A stretch of 64,000 bases of DNA from Hemiscyllium ocellatum. Taxonomy: Eukaryota. The position numbers and the translations under genes are program-made. The DNA is taken from contig NC_083412.1 of assembly GCF_020745735.1 (NCBI RefSeq), positions 64,384,320-64,448,319 on the forward strand, read 5' to 3'. The notes beneath the pieces are model-generated. The model was not told the DNA's origin, searched no databases, and worked only from the letters and a program-made list of their open reading frames with translations. Of the stretch, positions 12,719 to 24,961 are shown one piece after another. Every line of letters starts with the position of its first letter. Position 1 is the stretch's first letter.

Positions 12719-14419
12719 TATTAATTTATTTGCTTAACAGTCAAATCAAGTGGGCCACATGAATACCCAAAGTGACCACCAGGTTTTCCCCTCCCAGAGC
12801 CACCCTCACTTCCCCGAAGAAATAGGCTTTGCACTCAATCACAATTTTTACATCTTGGGGATTCAAGTAGAAAAGAGCTATTTCCAAATTTAGGCCAAAT
12901 CATATTGCTCAATTGTACTTGACATACCGGTATTTGACTTTAACAAATATTACCGGAGCAAACTAAAATTATACATAAACTGGTGTGGCGCTTCAATGAA
13001 GAGATCAATTCACTTATCTTGATTTGAGAAGCAGCAGAGATGCTCTAATTACAAAAGGTCATGTGGAGCAGTGAGATGTTGTTTTAGATGTTTCTGCTCA
13101 TGAATTTGACCATAACCTAATTTTGAGTTAATTGTTTTGGCTAGATATAGTTTCATTATGTATTCTGCTGAAGGATATGCCATTGTTAGTATTTTGTTTT
13201 ATGAGCAGCACTACTTATAACTGAATTACAGTTGAGGCTTTTGAAATACTTGTTTTCTATCAGATAAACCACAAATAATACAACAACATGTTTGGAATTC
13301 AAAGATTGTACAATATCACATGATTATTTTCTGAGTGTCAAAACGTGATCATAATGCTTCACTTTCTTTGTTTCAGAGCAGCATAAATTAGATTTGGAAA
13401 AGCTACTATACAAATACACTGAAATAGCAATGCAAATATTTATTGAAAGCTAACGATTTGGTCAAAAATATTAAATATTTATTTAATTCAGTCGAGGCTC
13501 TTCTATTAAGATCATAATTTGAAGGAATATCAGTGTAACTCTGCTACTCAAACTATTTTCACGCATTCTTCAGCACAATACTCTCATTTCAATACATGGA
13601 CATCACAAAAACTGTCAAAAGCGCTTTTTGAACTATTTACTTAATTCTTTTTAAAATTGTGAAAAATCCTTATTTAGCAATTCGAGTAATGCACTAAAGA
13701 TTCCAAGCATATTCATTCATTTAAAATAGTTTTTGTTTTATTCAATGATGAGACGTGGGTATCGCTGGCTGGGCGAGTATTTATCGCTCGTCTCTAATTG
13801 CTGGGTGTTCAACATAATGTTTATTCTTTTCACACTAAGTTAGCAAATGAAGTATTTATCTAAACAGCATGCCCTTCAAAATGCAACAAAAGAAAAATAC
13901 ATAAACAATTTTGACTAAATTAAGGGCAAGGCATTTAAACGATTAAATGGACAGTATAAAAAAGTGTGATCTGTCAAAATGAGTTAAAAAGTAAACATAT
14001 TGAGGAACTTATGGGAACTTACGAGATTGAATTTGCACTCTTTCACACTAAAAAAAATATTGATTTTTTTGGATTATATTTTGAAATATAAAGCAAGGAT
14101 GTAGGGTTCTATTTCCAAGTTCTATTGGTTGGAGAGGACCTTACTGAAGTTTAAATGATATGTTACTTGGGGTTTAATTTGATTTTTTTTCCCGAAGCAG
14201 TTTTGGAAAGACAAATTCAATATTGGACTATTGAAGGAACACAGTAATTGGAGCCAGTAACTTTGGGAATCGTTCAAGCTTCCAGCAAAAATAGGCTCAA
14301 AATTCATTGGTTTGTTATAAATGTGACTCTCCATAGACACATGAAAGTGACGTGTAATAAAAAAAGCTTTCTCTTTGTTTAGACTTTAGAGCTGAAATAA
14401 TTTCCCTGGTATTATATTT

Positions 14420-14735
14420 GAACGATGTATTGTGCACGGGGCTGCTGCTGTTGGAGACTCACTCTCTTGACTGTCCTCGCTGCAGATTACACGAGACACT
14501 GCGCATTATGTGAACAAGCTTACACTCTGAGCTGTGCTCCCTCAGCAATGGACTTCGAAAGTAATTAGTGGAAACCGCAGAAGCATTGGTTCCCTTCGGT
14601 CTCGGTTTAGTTTTTGTGTTTTTTACCTGGCCAGTGTCAGTGCTTTCATGCCTTTAGTAGAAATAACATCGTTCCCAAGTTGCAGACACCAACTTTCAGA
14701 ATAGTTCATCAGGTGGATATTGAAAAGGACGCTGT
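14420..14735. promoter_or_regulatory. CpG-retaining putative regulatory region
   Basis: About 11 CpGs in roughly 320 bp of non-repeat DNA; minus-strand donor CCAG|GTAAAA at 14627. Confidence 0.25.
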
Positions 14736-15417
14736 GCAGTAGGTGCTCAGTCCAACCTGGTTTTAGATTGCCATTTAGGTACAAGTTCAAATGTACATCT
14801 ACATTACATATAGTAAATTTAAGTTGTAATACTCCAGTTTGTTTTGAAGACTGCTTCACTCCTACCTAATGCAGCCAGACTGGGAAAGAGAAAATCCTGA
14901 ATATCCAAGTAAATATAAGTACAATGATAAAAATAATACTGCAATCTGGGACTTTTTCACACGGCTTTTATATGGAAACCATAAAGGAAAGACCTTTATG
15001 TATGTGGGAGAACAGTTTTTGATTTCATTTGTTTCAAATAAGCATACATAGTATTCCAATCACATGCAGCCAGTAAAGAATATGTCCAGTAGAAGTTTCC
15101 TGCTACCTCCATCCCATCCTACGGATTTCCCAAAGTAATAGCGTCTTAAGTTTCAGTAATTACATCAATGTTCCGAACCCAAATTCAGTGCTTCATCTGC
15201 ATTAAGATGTTTCTTGCTTACTGTCTGTGTATCAGGTAAGCAACTCTGCATATAGCCACGGTTTTACTTTGTTCTTGGTTTGAAGGTAGGACGAAGAGGG
15301 TGGTGGTGGAGGGTTTTTTAAATCATACTGGCAGCCTGTGACCAGTCGCCCACAAGGAGAGGTACAGGGGACACGTTCTTTGTCATTTATATAAATTATT
15401 TGGATGAGAATGTAGGA

Positions 15418-16688
15418 CCCGAAAATGTGTCGCTGGAAAAGCGCAGCAGGTCAGGCAGCATCCAAGGAGCAGGTGAATCGACGTTTCGGGCATAAGCCCT
15501 TCTTCAGGAATGAGGAGAGTGTGCTAAGCAGGCTAAGATAAAAGGCAGGGAGGAGGGACTTGGGGGAGGGGTGTTGGAAATGCGATAGATGGAAGGAGGT
15601 TAAGGTGAGGGTGATAGGCCGGAGTGGGGGTGGGGGCGGAGAGGTCAGGAAGAAGATTGCAGGTTAGGGAGGTGGTGCTGAGTTCGAGGGTTGGGACTGA
15701 GACAGTGTAGGGGGAGGGGAAATGAGGAAACTGGAGAAATCTGAGTTCGTCCCTTGTGGTTGGAGGGTTCCTAAGTGGAAGATGAGGCGCTCTTCCTCTA
15801 GCCATCGTGTTGCTACAGTCTGGTGATGGAGGAGTCCAAGGACCTGCATGTCCTTGGTGGAGTGGGAGGGGGAGTTGAAGTGTTGAGCCATGGGGTGGTT
15901 GGGTTGATTGGGCTGGGTATCCCAGAGGTGTTCTCTGAAACGTTCCGCAAGTAGGTGGCCTGTCTCCCCAATATAGAGGAGGCCACATCGGGTGCAATGG
16001 ATGCAGTAAATGATGTGTGTGGAGGTGCAGGTGAATTTGTGGCGGATATGGAAGGATCCCTTGGGGCCTTGGAGGGAAGTAAGGGGGGAGGTGTGAGCAC
16101 AAGTTTTGCATTTCTTTCGGTTGCAGGGGAAGTTGTCAGGAATGGAGGTTGGGTTGGTGAGGGGTGTGGACCTGACAAGGGAGTCACGGAGGGAGTGGTC
16201 TTTTCGGAATGCTGATAGGGGAGGGAGGGAAATATATCCCTGGTGGTGGGGTCCGTTTGGAGGTGGCGGAAATGACGATGGATGATATGATGTATATGGA
16301 GGTTGGTGGGGTGGTAGGTGAGGACCAGTGGGGTTCTGTCCAGGACATTTCCCCTCCCCCCACCTTGTCTCAGTCCCAACCCTCGAACTCAGCACCACCT
16401 TCCTAACCTGCAATCTTCTTCCTGACCTCTCCGCCCCCACCCCCACTCCGGCCTATCACCCTCACCTTAACCTCCTTCCATCTATCGCATTTCCAACGCC
16501 CCTCCCCCAAGTCCCTCCTCCCTACCTTTTATCTCAGCCTGTTTGGCACACTCTCCTCATTCCTGAAGAAGGGCTCATGCCCGAAACGTCGATTCTCCTG
16601 CTCCTTGGATGCTGCCTGACCTGCTGTGCTTTTCCAGCGGCACATTTTCGGCTCTGGTCTCCAGCATTTGCAGTCCTCACTTTCTCCT
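15418..16688 (-). mobile_element. Penelope-like element: 5'-truncated GIY-YIG region (-) with inverted terminal copy (+), 14-bp TSD
   Basis: IIYCIHCTRCGLLYIGETG (GIY-YIG), CNRKKCKTC and RTPLVLTYHP (frameshifted). Inverted arms 15419-15725 and 16346-16651; ATGAGAATGTAGGA duplicated at 15404-15417 and 16689-16702. Confidence 0.92.
16563..16590 (+). ncRNA. Minimal hammerhead ribozyme-like motif in PLE terminal repeat
   Basis: CTGAAGA-A-GGGC(tcat)GCCC-GAAAC-GTC. Mirror copy at 15480-15507 (-); degenerate copies near 3750, 11230, 24973 and 51552. PLE termini are known to carry such motifs. Confidence 0.55.
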
Positions 16689-19015
16689 ATGAGAATGTAG
16701 GAGACATGATTAGCAAGTTTGTGGATGACACCAAAATTGGTGGTATAGTGGACAGAGAAGGAGTTGATCTAAGTTTACAAAAGGGCCTTGATCAATTAGG
16801 TCAATGTGCTGAAGAGTGGCAGATGGAGTTTAATTTAGTTAAATGTGAGGTATTGCATTTTGGTAAAACAAACAAGGGTAGGATTTAAACAGTTAGTGGT
16901 TAGGCCCTGGGCAATGTTGTAGAATTGGGAGACCTAGAGGTTCAGGTACTTAATTCTTTGAAACTTGCATCAGAGGTAGACAGGGTGGTTAAGAAGGCAC
17001 TTAGCAAGCTTGCCTTCATTGCTCAGACCATTGCTCAGGAATTGGAACATTATGTTGATGCTGTACAGGACATTGGTGAGGCCCCTTCTGGAGAGCTGTA
17101 TGCACTTCTGGCTCCCTAGTAATAGGAAGGATATTATTAAATTGGAGGGGGTTCAGAAAATATTTACCAGGATGTTGCCAGGAATGGAGGGTTTGAGTTA
17201 AAAAAGTAGGCTGGATAGGCTGGGACTTTTTTCATTGGTATGTTGGAGGTATGGGGTGGCCTTGTAGAGGTTTATAAAATTCTGAGGGGCATAGATAAGG
17301 TGAATAGCTCTTTCCTAGAGCGGGAGAGTTCAAAACTAGGGGTGTATTTTTAAGGAAAGAGGAGAAAGTTTTAAAAAGGACCTGTGTAGCAAATTCTTTA
17401 TCTAGAGAGTGGTTCGTCTATGGAATGAAATGCCAGCAGAAGTGGTGAATGGCGGTACAGTTATAACCTTTAAAAGACATTTGAATAGGTGCATGAATAA
17501 GAAAGGTTTGGGGGAAATGGGTGAAATGAAGGCAAGTTAGAATAGTTTAGTATGGTTGGGGCCGGCTGGTTGGACTGAAGGGTCTATTTCCATACTGTAT
17601 GACCATATGACTCTATGCTGTTTATTAAACATTGCTATATGATTTAACACTAAGAAAAGCATGTTAATTACTCTTCAAAGGCACAAATGCAGATGTTAAA
17701 AGTGTCTTTAAAAGTGAAAAAGTACTCGTTGCAAAGATGCAGCCATTCATTTCATACTACGGTTCCTAAGTTTATTAAACTTTCTTTTTCAAAGTTGTTG
17801 AATCCTATTGGAAATTTTAAATGCTTATTTTGCAAATGAACATAAATTGCTATCCTATTACTTGAATATTTGCTGTCCTGGTTTAAATTTAGTTTTATAA
17901 TCCAAAGTATATCAACTCACTGGCTCTCAGTGGTTTCTCAGACATTGTATTAAAATGAAATGTAAACCATTGTGTATAATTAGACTTTCTGAATCTTACA
18001 CACATTTCAGAAAATTTAGCCTTCTAGAAATTACAGAAGAAGAAATAAACTGAATAATTGAAACATAATGCAAGGAATAACTTTATGAACAAATAGTGGT
18101 CATTTTATAGGATTACACGGATTTTACTTGGGTGCTTTTCAGGTTTCCACATGTGTGCAATAGATAGCTGAACATTCTGAACCCAAAGATATCATTCAGT
18201 CTCATTTTAATTTACCATAGCACAGAGAAATCTTGGTTACAATATAATCTTTATAAAACCAAAAACAAAAGAAGTGATTAATTATTCAAAGTCTGTGGTT
18301 ATATAAAATATGACAAGTGAAACTAAACTTATCAATGGAGTAACCATTGATTTGCCTTGTATTGTATATTAGAAGACTCACTGTTCCAGTCACGCTTCCT
18401 TGCTTTCACACCACACTTGCAGACATAATTTTCTGCCAGTGTCTATGTTACACCACACTTCAGATGTGCCAAAAAAAAATCAAGTTATAGTATTCTATGA
18501 CACACTTTATGCTGTTTATGTTTTAGATTGTAGTGCAACACTGCTATCAGTTTCCATAATGGTTAACACTATATGTCCACTTTATTTTTTTAAACCTTTC
18601 TGATAATAACTTTGTGTTCAAAGTTTAATCGCAATTTCTGAACCAGATACATATTATAGCTTATTTGAATTATTGCTCTTACAATGTTGCTCTGACCAGG
18701 GTTTACAAGCACTTACGCTTAATCAGGTATCAACTGCATTCTATGTACATGATTGAAGACAAAACAATTATGTTTAAAATATCATGTTTGTTTTACAAGT
18801 CTATTTATACTCATTAGAACAAATATAAATTGAACTGAAGTTGACTAAATAACAAAACATGACAGCAAAGGACCGATACAACTATATTTTACAGCTTTAA
18901 ACTAAAAAAAAAGTTTTGGGGAAATACAGAGAGCTGATCAAAATCTAAAATGAGAAAAGAGTAAATGGTTCATCTAGAGAAAACCAAATCTCCACAATTT
19001 TCTGCACTTGATTTT

Positions 19016-19327
19016 ATTAGATTAGACTTACAGTGTGGAAACAGGCCCTTCGGCCCAACAAGTCCACACCGACCCGCCGAAGCGCAACCCACCCATACCC
19101 CTACATTTACCCCTTACCTAACACTATGGGCAATTTAGCTTGGCCAATTCACCTGACCAGCACATCTTTGTGACTGTGGGAGGAAACCGGAGCACCCGGA
19201 GGAAACCCACGCAGACACGGGGAGAACGTGCAAACTCCACACAGTCAGTCGCCTGAGTCGGGAATTGAACCCGGGTCTACAGGCGCTGTGAGGCAGCAGT
19301 GCTAACCACTGTGCCACCGTGCCGCCC
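19016..19327 (-). mobile_element. HE1 V-SINE, full length, young
   Basis: Nearly identical to the 5062-5370 copy. Confidence 0.9.
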
Positions 19328-19504
19328 ATCATTATGTCTAATGCTTGAAGCTTCAATTCATCTTTGATATTTCCAACAATACTGCAGTGTCACATTTGCA
19401 TTACATTAGGTTTTAAGTTGAGAAATATAAGATACTAAATGGCCAGTAAGGTCATGTGCATTTATTTGATCATAACGCAACTCGGTAGATAGATTGATCA
19501 ACAA

Positions 19505-19740
19505 ACAACTGCAGATACTGTAGGTCTGAAAAACCCAAGAACAGAAATTGATGAAGACACTTAGCAGGCCTGACAGTATCAGTGGAGAGAAAACAGAGTT
19601 AACATTTCGATCCCAATGAATCTTCTTCAGATTCATCTGAAGAAGGGTCACTGGACACAAAACATTAACTCTGTTTTCTCTTCACAGATGCTGCCATCTG
19701 ATTTTCTGATTTTCTTCAACAATTTCCCTTTTTGTATGTT
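19505..19740. mobile_element. Short palindromic PLE-like element (family B)
   Basis: Inverted arms centred on CTTCTTCAGA-TTCA-TCTGAAGAAG. Related arms at about 5640-5750, 26850-27000 and 37880-38000. Confidence 0.65.
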
Positions 19741-21829
19741 TCTAATTGACAGGTTGATCAGGTATTGAAATATTAGGTCAGATTGTCTATGACAAGTCAG
19801 TGAGAATTGTTTGTCTGAATATGTAAACTTGTTTGTAATAGGAAATATTAGAAATAATACAAGAAAATAATATGAACTACTTCTAAAAGTCATGAGATAT
19901 ATTTCAATTTTATACAAGCACTAGATATATTTTGTACTAAACTAACATGTCTATCAATTTATTTTCTTGCCATATTCATATACATATTTACCAAAGTAAC
20001 TCAGGAATATGTAACAACTTCATAATGATAAATTAACTAACTTTAAATTTTGCTTTAATGCAATTCCATCAAATAAGTTCTGAATTTTAAGCTAATTGCT
20101 AATTTTTTTTAAAAAAAAATTATTTCTCTGAATTTCCTTATTCTACATTACTTTATTCTTTCTGAAATTAAAGGTGTGGACTTCAGAAGCCGAAACAAAT
20201 CTTAAACATCATCTTTTTCTCATAAAATTTATCTCTTGCACTTGTTAAAGCTCGTGACATTTTATCAAAAACCAGCAGCTATTAAAATGATTCTAAAAGG
20301 GATTTATTGCATATTTGCTCATAACCTTTTGAAGTAACAATATGCAGAAGTATACAAAGTATAACTTGAGAGTTTTCTTTGTATAAAAATCTGCTGGTTA
20401 TCTTTGATATAATAGTTTACATTTTTCAGCAGAAAATTGAAGGTAATGAAATTGTTATATTTCCGATATCTACTTTTTAATTTCTACACTTTGTATCCAA
20501 ACTCTCTGATAATACTAAAATGCATAAACCACTGTACATGCGTGAACAGCACAATATATGATTTTTAAAATAACCTTCCTGCTAACAAAATAACCTTCAT
20601 GATTAAATCTTACATTTACTCCACTTACTATTCGTGCCAGTCTTTTCACTTGGATTCTGAACAGAAATTTTGTTTCCATAGTTGTAATTCTGAACAAACG
20701 TATACCATATTATTAACCACATTTAGAATAAGTATGTCAAACTAACTTGTGTAATTTTAGGAAAACTATGTATATTAAACTTGCATTAAGTTGTGTGATA
20801 ATTATGTCCTTAACCTACATTAAATGTGTTTATAATGTACTCTTAACTACGTATATAATGCAATGTATGTAAGCAATTTTAACATAAATGTTTCACCTAA
20901 TCAATTTCCGATGAGAAATTGTTTCAAATGTCTTATTGAAACTATTTCAAATAAAATGTCTGATGAGAATTTGTCAGAATTATATTAAATGATGTATATG
21001 TTCTGTTCACACAACAAAAATGATTTGCATATCTGTCGCTTTAAAGGCAAAAAGATAAAAATGACCAGACACAAGTAGGTGGTAGAGGAGCTAGCCAAAA
21101 GCATGATTGAAGTGTTTAATATAGCGAAGCATTTGAAAGAGTATGGACAAGAACTGAGATTTTTGGGAATTGAGTTTTTGAATGCTGGATTTATTGCATG
21201 CGTATTGTTAACAGGCTAGACTAAATTGAGAACCTGGAGCTTGAAGGGATCATCAGATTTAGAATGTTTTTCAAGGTTAAAATCCAGCTTCATGGTCATG
21301 GCTATCTTTGTTTATTTATTCATGTAAGGTGAGTGTTGTTGGCAACATCAGCATTTAGTACCGATGCCTGATTGGCCCTGAGAAGACCAAATGAAAACTC
21401 AATGAAGGTAATTTTGGACTGGAGCAATACTAATACCAAAGGAAGCAAGCATCAGGAGAGATATAGGATGGTATCTTCCGATTTCTTAACTAAATCCAGG
21501 TGCTGGAGAGATTGCCGATGCCTTGTCAAAATGTAAAGGCCTAATGGATCTTCCAGCAATCAAGCAGCTGATTGGTTTCTGGTGAGTTCTTCACTCATAT
21601 TAGAGCAGGATGACTGCCAAACATTTCCAGCCAATCAGAGACTGATGTTGTAAGCTGAATTCCCACCACAGCACACTATCACATGTGATCCAGCTGGTAG
21701 ATTTGCAGCCACTAATCTCTTTCCTGGACGGGATCTACAGAGTCTGCTTGATCTAGTGTAGTCAGGAAATCCAGCTGGTATTCTAACAAGCAGAGGCCGT
21801 TGTCTTAAATAAAGTGCAGTTTTAGACTG

Positions 21830-22028
21830 AAAAGAAAGTTTAGAGGAAAAGGTTTTTTACCCAGAGGGAGAGGTAATTTGGAATGCATTGTCAGGGAGGG
21901 TATTAGAGACACTTGAAATATCATAACATTCAAGATTATGAGCCAGGTGCTGGCAAGTGTGATTAGTATAGATAGTTTGGCATAGACTCAATGGGCTGAA
22001 GGGCCTCTTCTGTGCTGCATGACTCTAT
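21830..22028 (+). mobile_element. CR1 3' end, decayed
   Basis: TTTTACCCAGAGGG...TGGAATGCATTG; 3' UTR GGGCTGAAGGGCCT...ATGACTCTATG. Confidence 0.75.
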
Positions 22029-22099
22029 GTCGAGACCCATATGTGGGTCAGTGGAGAATGCAGCACCAGAGCAGTCAAACTCACAAGAGGTACACCCTG

Positions 22100-23700
22100 T
22101 GGACTGAGTTCCACCAGTAATCTGCTAAGTTGTAGTTTTGGAGCATTTCACTGCCAATGTTATTCCGTGAGCTTCAGCGAGTTTTCTCATGGTGTTCTCC
22201 ACAGCTCACCTCATTAGTTATGCAGCACACCTCTGTGGTGTTTTGCTCACACTATCCTCCCCTTCACCAGAGCCAGAAGTCCCTGCTGCTGCTAGAACCT
22301 GCCAGGATTCCTGACGCCTGTTCCATTATTAAAGCCCAGCCATGCTGCGGGTCAAGTGCTGCCAGCCTTCATCATCCACACAGTGGGAGGGGAGCCAAAA
22401 CAAAATGATTGTGAGAGCATGTAGGTGGCACAGCTTGCACTTCATTGCAAGTACAAGTTCAGTGTGGGAGCCTCACATTTACTGGAAACCTAAGAAATAG
22501 TTGAAGATGTTCACTTTTATTCAGTTTTGTGTGACACTGCAGTCCTCTATCATGGTGAAGGTGATGTGTCTCCTATTTATTGTCCTCCATCTTTCTCCTT
22601 GGAAGACTGCTAATTCTTTCCCAGCTCTTCAGCATCCATCACTACCCCTCTTTGTCTGCTCCAGTTGTACCTTTTTTCTTTTTTTTCTTTTTTTTTTGCC
22701 CCCACACTACCGCCTAACTGCGGAAGTGCTTATTTTTCCCCAGCACCCATGGTGCGTGTGTGTAGTTGTGAGACACAGTGAGAGACACAAAGTGCACAGA
22801 TTTTTATTTCTGCTCCAGTTGTATAGAGCACAATGTGCTAAAATTATTGGTAGACTCTGTCTAGACTAGATAGCAAGGCCCCTCAAGCCAGTCCAAGCAC
22901 TGAAACTTCACCTTCATCAGGCCTAGCATCCTCCCAATAATTAACTTACGTTGAAGAATGGATTACATTGTGTTCACACTCAGCCTCAGTCAGGAGGTTG
23001 TATAAAGGAGACACCAGCCATGATTACTTTGTAGGGAGCCCTTGTCTCCCAGTAACCATCCTTCTAAGGCATTCAGTCCTTGAAGCAAAGCAGGAACATG
23101 GGAGTTTGGAAGGATATGGGCATCATGGCATTCCTCTGGATACCTGGCACAAAGGTCTAAGAAGTAGTACCAATGATCACAGATGACTGGTCCATTGCTA
23201 CAATGGAATCCTTCAACAAAAAAAGATGCCTGTAGCATTCTAATATGACACTCTCATTGAAATGTGTGTCCAGTGTATTTCATCTTGGAGAAAGTCAGCC
23301 ATTGGAAAAGCCTATGCTTGGGCCACACTACAGTGAAGTGTGTGATCAGGTACTATGGAATTAGCCTTAATACATCTATGTGTTGGTGAATGTGAGATCC
23401 CACACAGGACCCCATTCGATCCTTGGAACCAACTAGGTGCAGGTTAATGTAACTCAGTTGTCACCTAGATGGCCTTCAGGCCTTCAGGTGACCCTTCAGG
23501 TGACAATCCCAGTGGAACCTCAGCTTGAATTTCTTCATGTGGAGGCTCCAGCAGCTGTGGGAGGTTACGGCTGGTCCTGGGCTTGCTGCTGCATCTGTCC
23601 CTCCTGAAGTTCTCTGTGCTTTTGTAGCACTGCAACCACAGAGACTATAACTCTTGCTGTGGCTGGATCCATTGCTTATAACCAAGGGGAGTGTCAGAAA
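22100..23700 (-). pseudogene. Fossil PIF/Harbinger (HARBI1-like DDE) transposase
   Basis: Minus-strand peptides FQGSNGVLCGISHSPTHRCIK, EGFHCSNGPVICDH...CARYPEECHDAHIL...GWLLGDKG, TEAECEHN..H, MLGLMKVKFQCLD and IILAHCALYN. They follow Harbinger transposase motif order (about 22810-23470) with stops and frameshifts; outer limits uncertain. Confidence 0.8.
22670..22808 (-). mobile_element. Ultra-short Tx1-type LINE 3' end (139 bp) with poly(A) and 15-bp TSD
   Basis: Matches the 3' UTR of 53807-54869; TCTGCTCCAGTTGTA duplicated at 22655-22669 and 22809-22823; inserted in the Harbinger fossil. Confidence 0.88.
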
Positions 23701-24310
23701 TAGAACAGGTCCTTTGTAATGTAAACCATCACATTCACATCACTGACAAATGACAGTTTAGCATAGCTGTCAATGCAGTGGGGCAAAGAGAATTACAACA
23801 AGAAGTGCCATTGAATGGACCTTTGACATATTAGACTTTATTCTAATGGATGCAAGACAAGGTATGCAACCGAAATGGAGTAATACAAGATTGTAAGTGC
23901 AATAGGGTTATCAAAACCTTGTTCCCCACACCATCCCTCCACATTAGCCATGAAGGGCAGTGTTGTGTCTAAAAACATAATGGCTAATGATTACTTTCCA
24001 AGGTGAAAGGGAATTAGTTCTGTGTCTTTGAACAGCCTATCAAAATTTGGATAGCTTTTGTAAATTACAGCTCACTGGTGACACCCTTAAGATTGCCTGT
24101 GATTATTTCAGCTTCACAGAGATGATTGTGATCAACCTGGAATGACCAGTGACCTGGTCGAAATTTGTTTGTGACAAGGATTTGTACCCCATGTAGTTTG
24201 ACACTGAATGCATTCCACATGCAGCAAGTTATGATTACTTGTGCAGTGAAAGAACCAGATTTAATGAAGATATCCTTCGAAGGACTTCACATCACTCACA
24301 AGTCACAAGA

Positions 24311-24646
24311 GTGGCATGATGGTGAGCACTGCTACCTCACAGCTCCAGGGACCCAGGTTTGATTCTACCCTCAGGCAACTGTCTGTGTGGAGTTTGCACA
24401 TTCTCCCCATGTATGCATGGGTTTCCTCTTGGTGCTCCAGTTTCCTCCTACAGTCCAAAGCTGTTCAGGGTGGGTGGATTGGCCATGCTAAATTGCCCAT
24501 AGTGTCCAAGGATGTGCAAGATTAGCTGTAAGAAATGTGGGGCGGTGGCTGTGTGTGACTGTGTGTGGCTGAGATGCTCCTCAGAGGGCCATGGTGGACT
24601 CAATGGGCTGAGTGGCCTGCTATCACGTCGTGGGGATTCGATGATT
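24311..24646 (+). mobile_element. HE1 V-SINE, old copy
   Basis: Degenerate A/B boxes, V-domain, GGCCATGCTAAATTGCCC motif, CR1-like tail. Confidence 0.8.
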
Positions 24647-24961
24647 CAAAGTTGAATCTGAGACCTCCAGTAGAAAAGAAACATGGACTCTGTGTACTCC
24701 AGATGTAATGTCAGTCCCTTTCCATTTCCATTGTGTATATACCTGACAGTTGAAGGTAGTGCAGATTGCACAGCAATGTGGTCTGCAAGCTCAGCCTAAT
24801 AATCAAGGTAGGCATCCTTGCAAGAGGATTCACATTAAAGTTAAGTTCTCTCCTCTCTCCACAAGAATCTCAGTGAGTCTCCCTCTCTCACTGCAACCCC
24901 CAGGTCAACTTCTCTGCCCTGAATCTCTTCAACCATGTACTGAACCACCCTGGAGACTCCC

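Larger units (their letters stand above)
15285..17620 (+). mobile_element. CR1 LINE 3' part, split by a Penelope insertion (15285-15417 and 16689-17620)
   Basis: RT motif DENVGDMISKFVDDTKIGG continues across the insertion; C-terminus and 3' UTR with ATGACTCTATG tail. Confidence 0.9.

Noticed and set aside
15533-16888. Long Pro-rich ORFs in the track
   Set aside because: Alternative frames of the C-rich Penelope terminus and its CR1 junction, not host genes.
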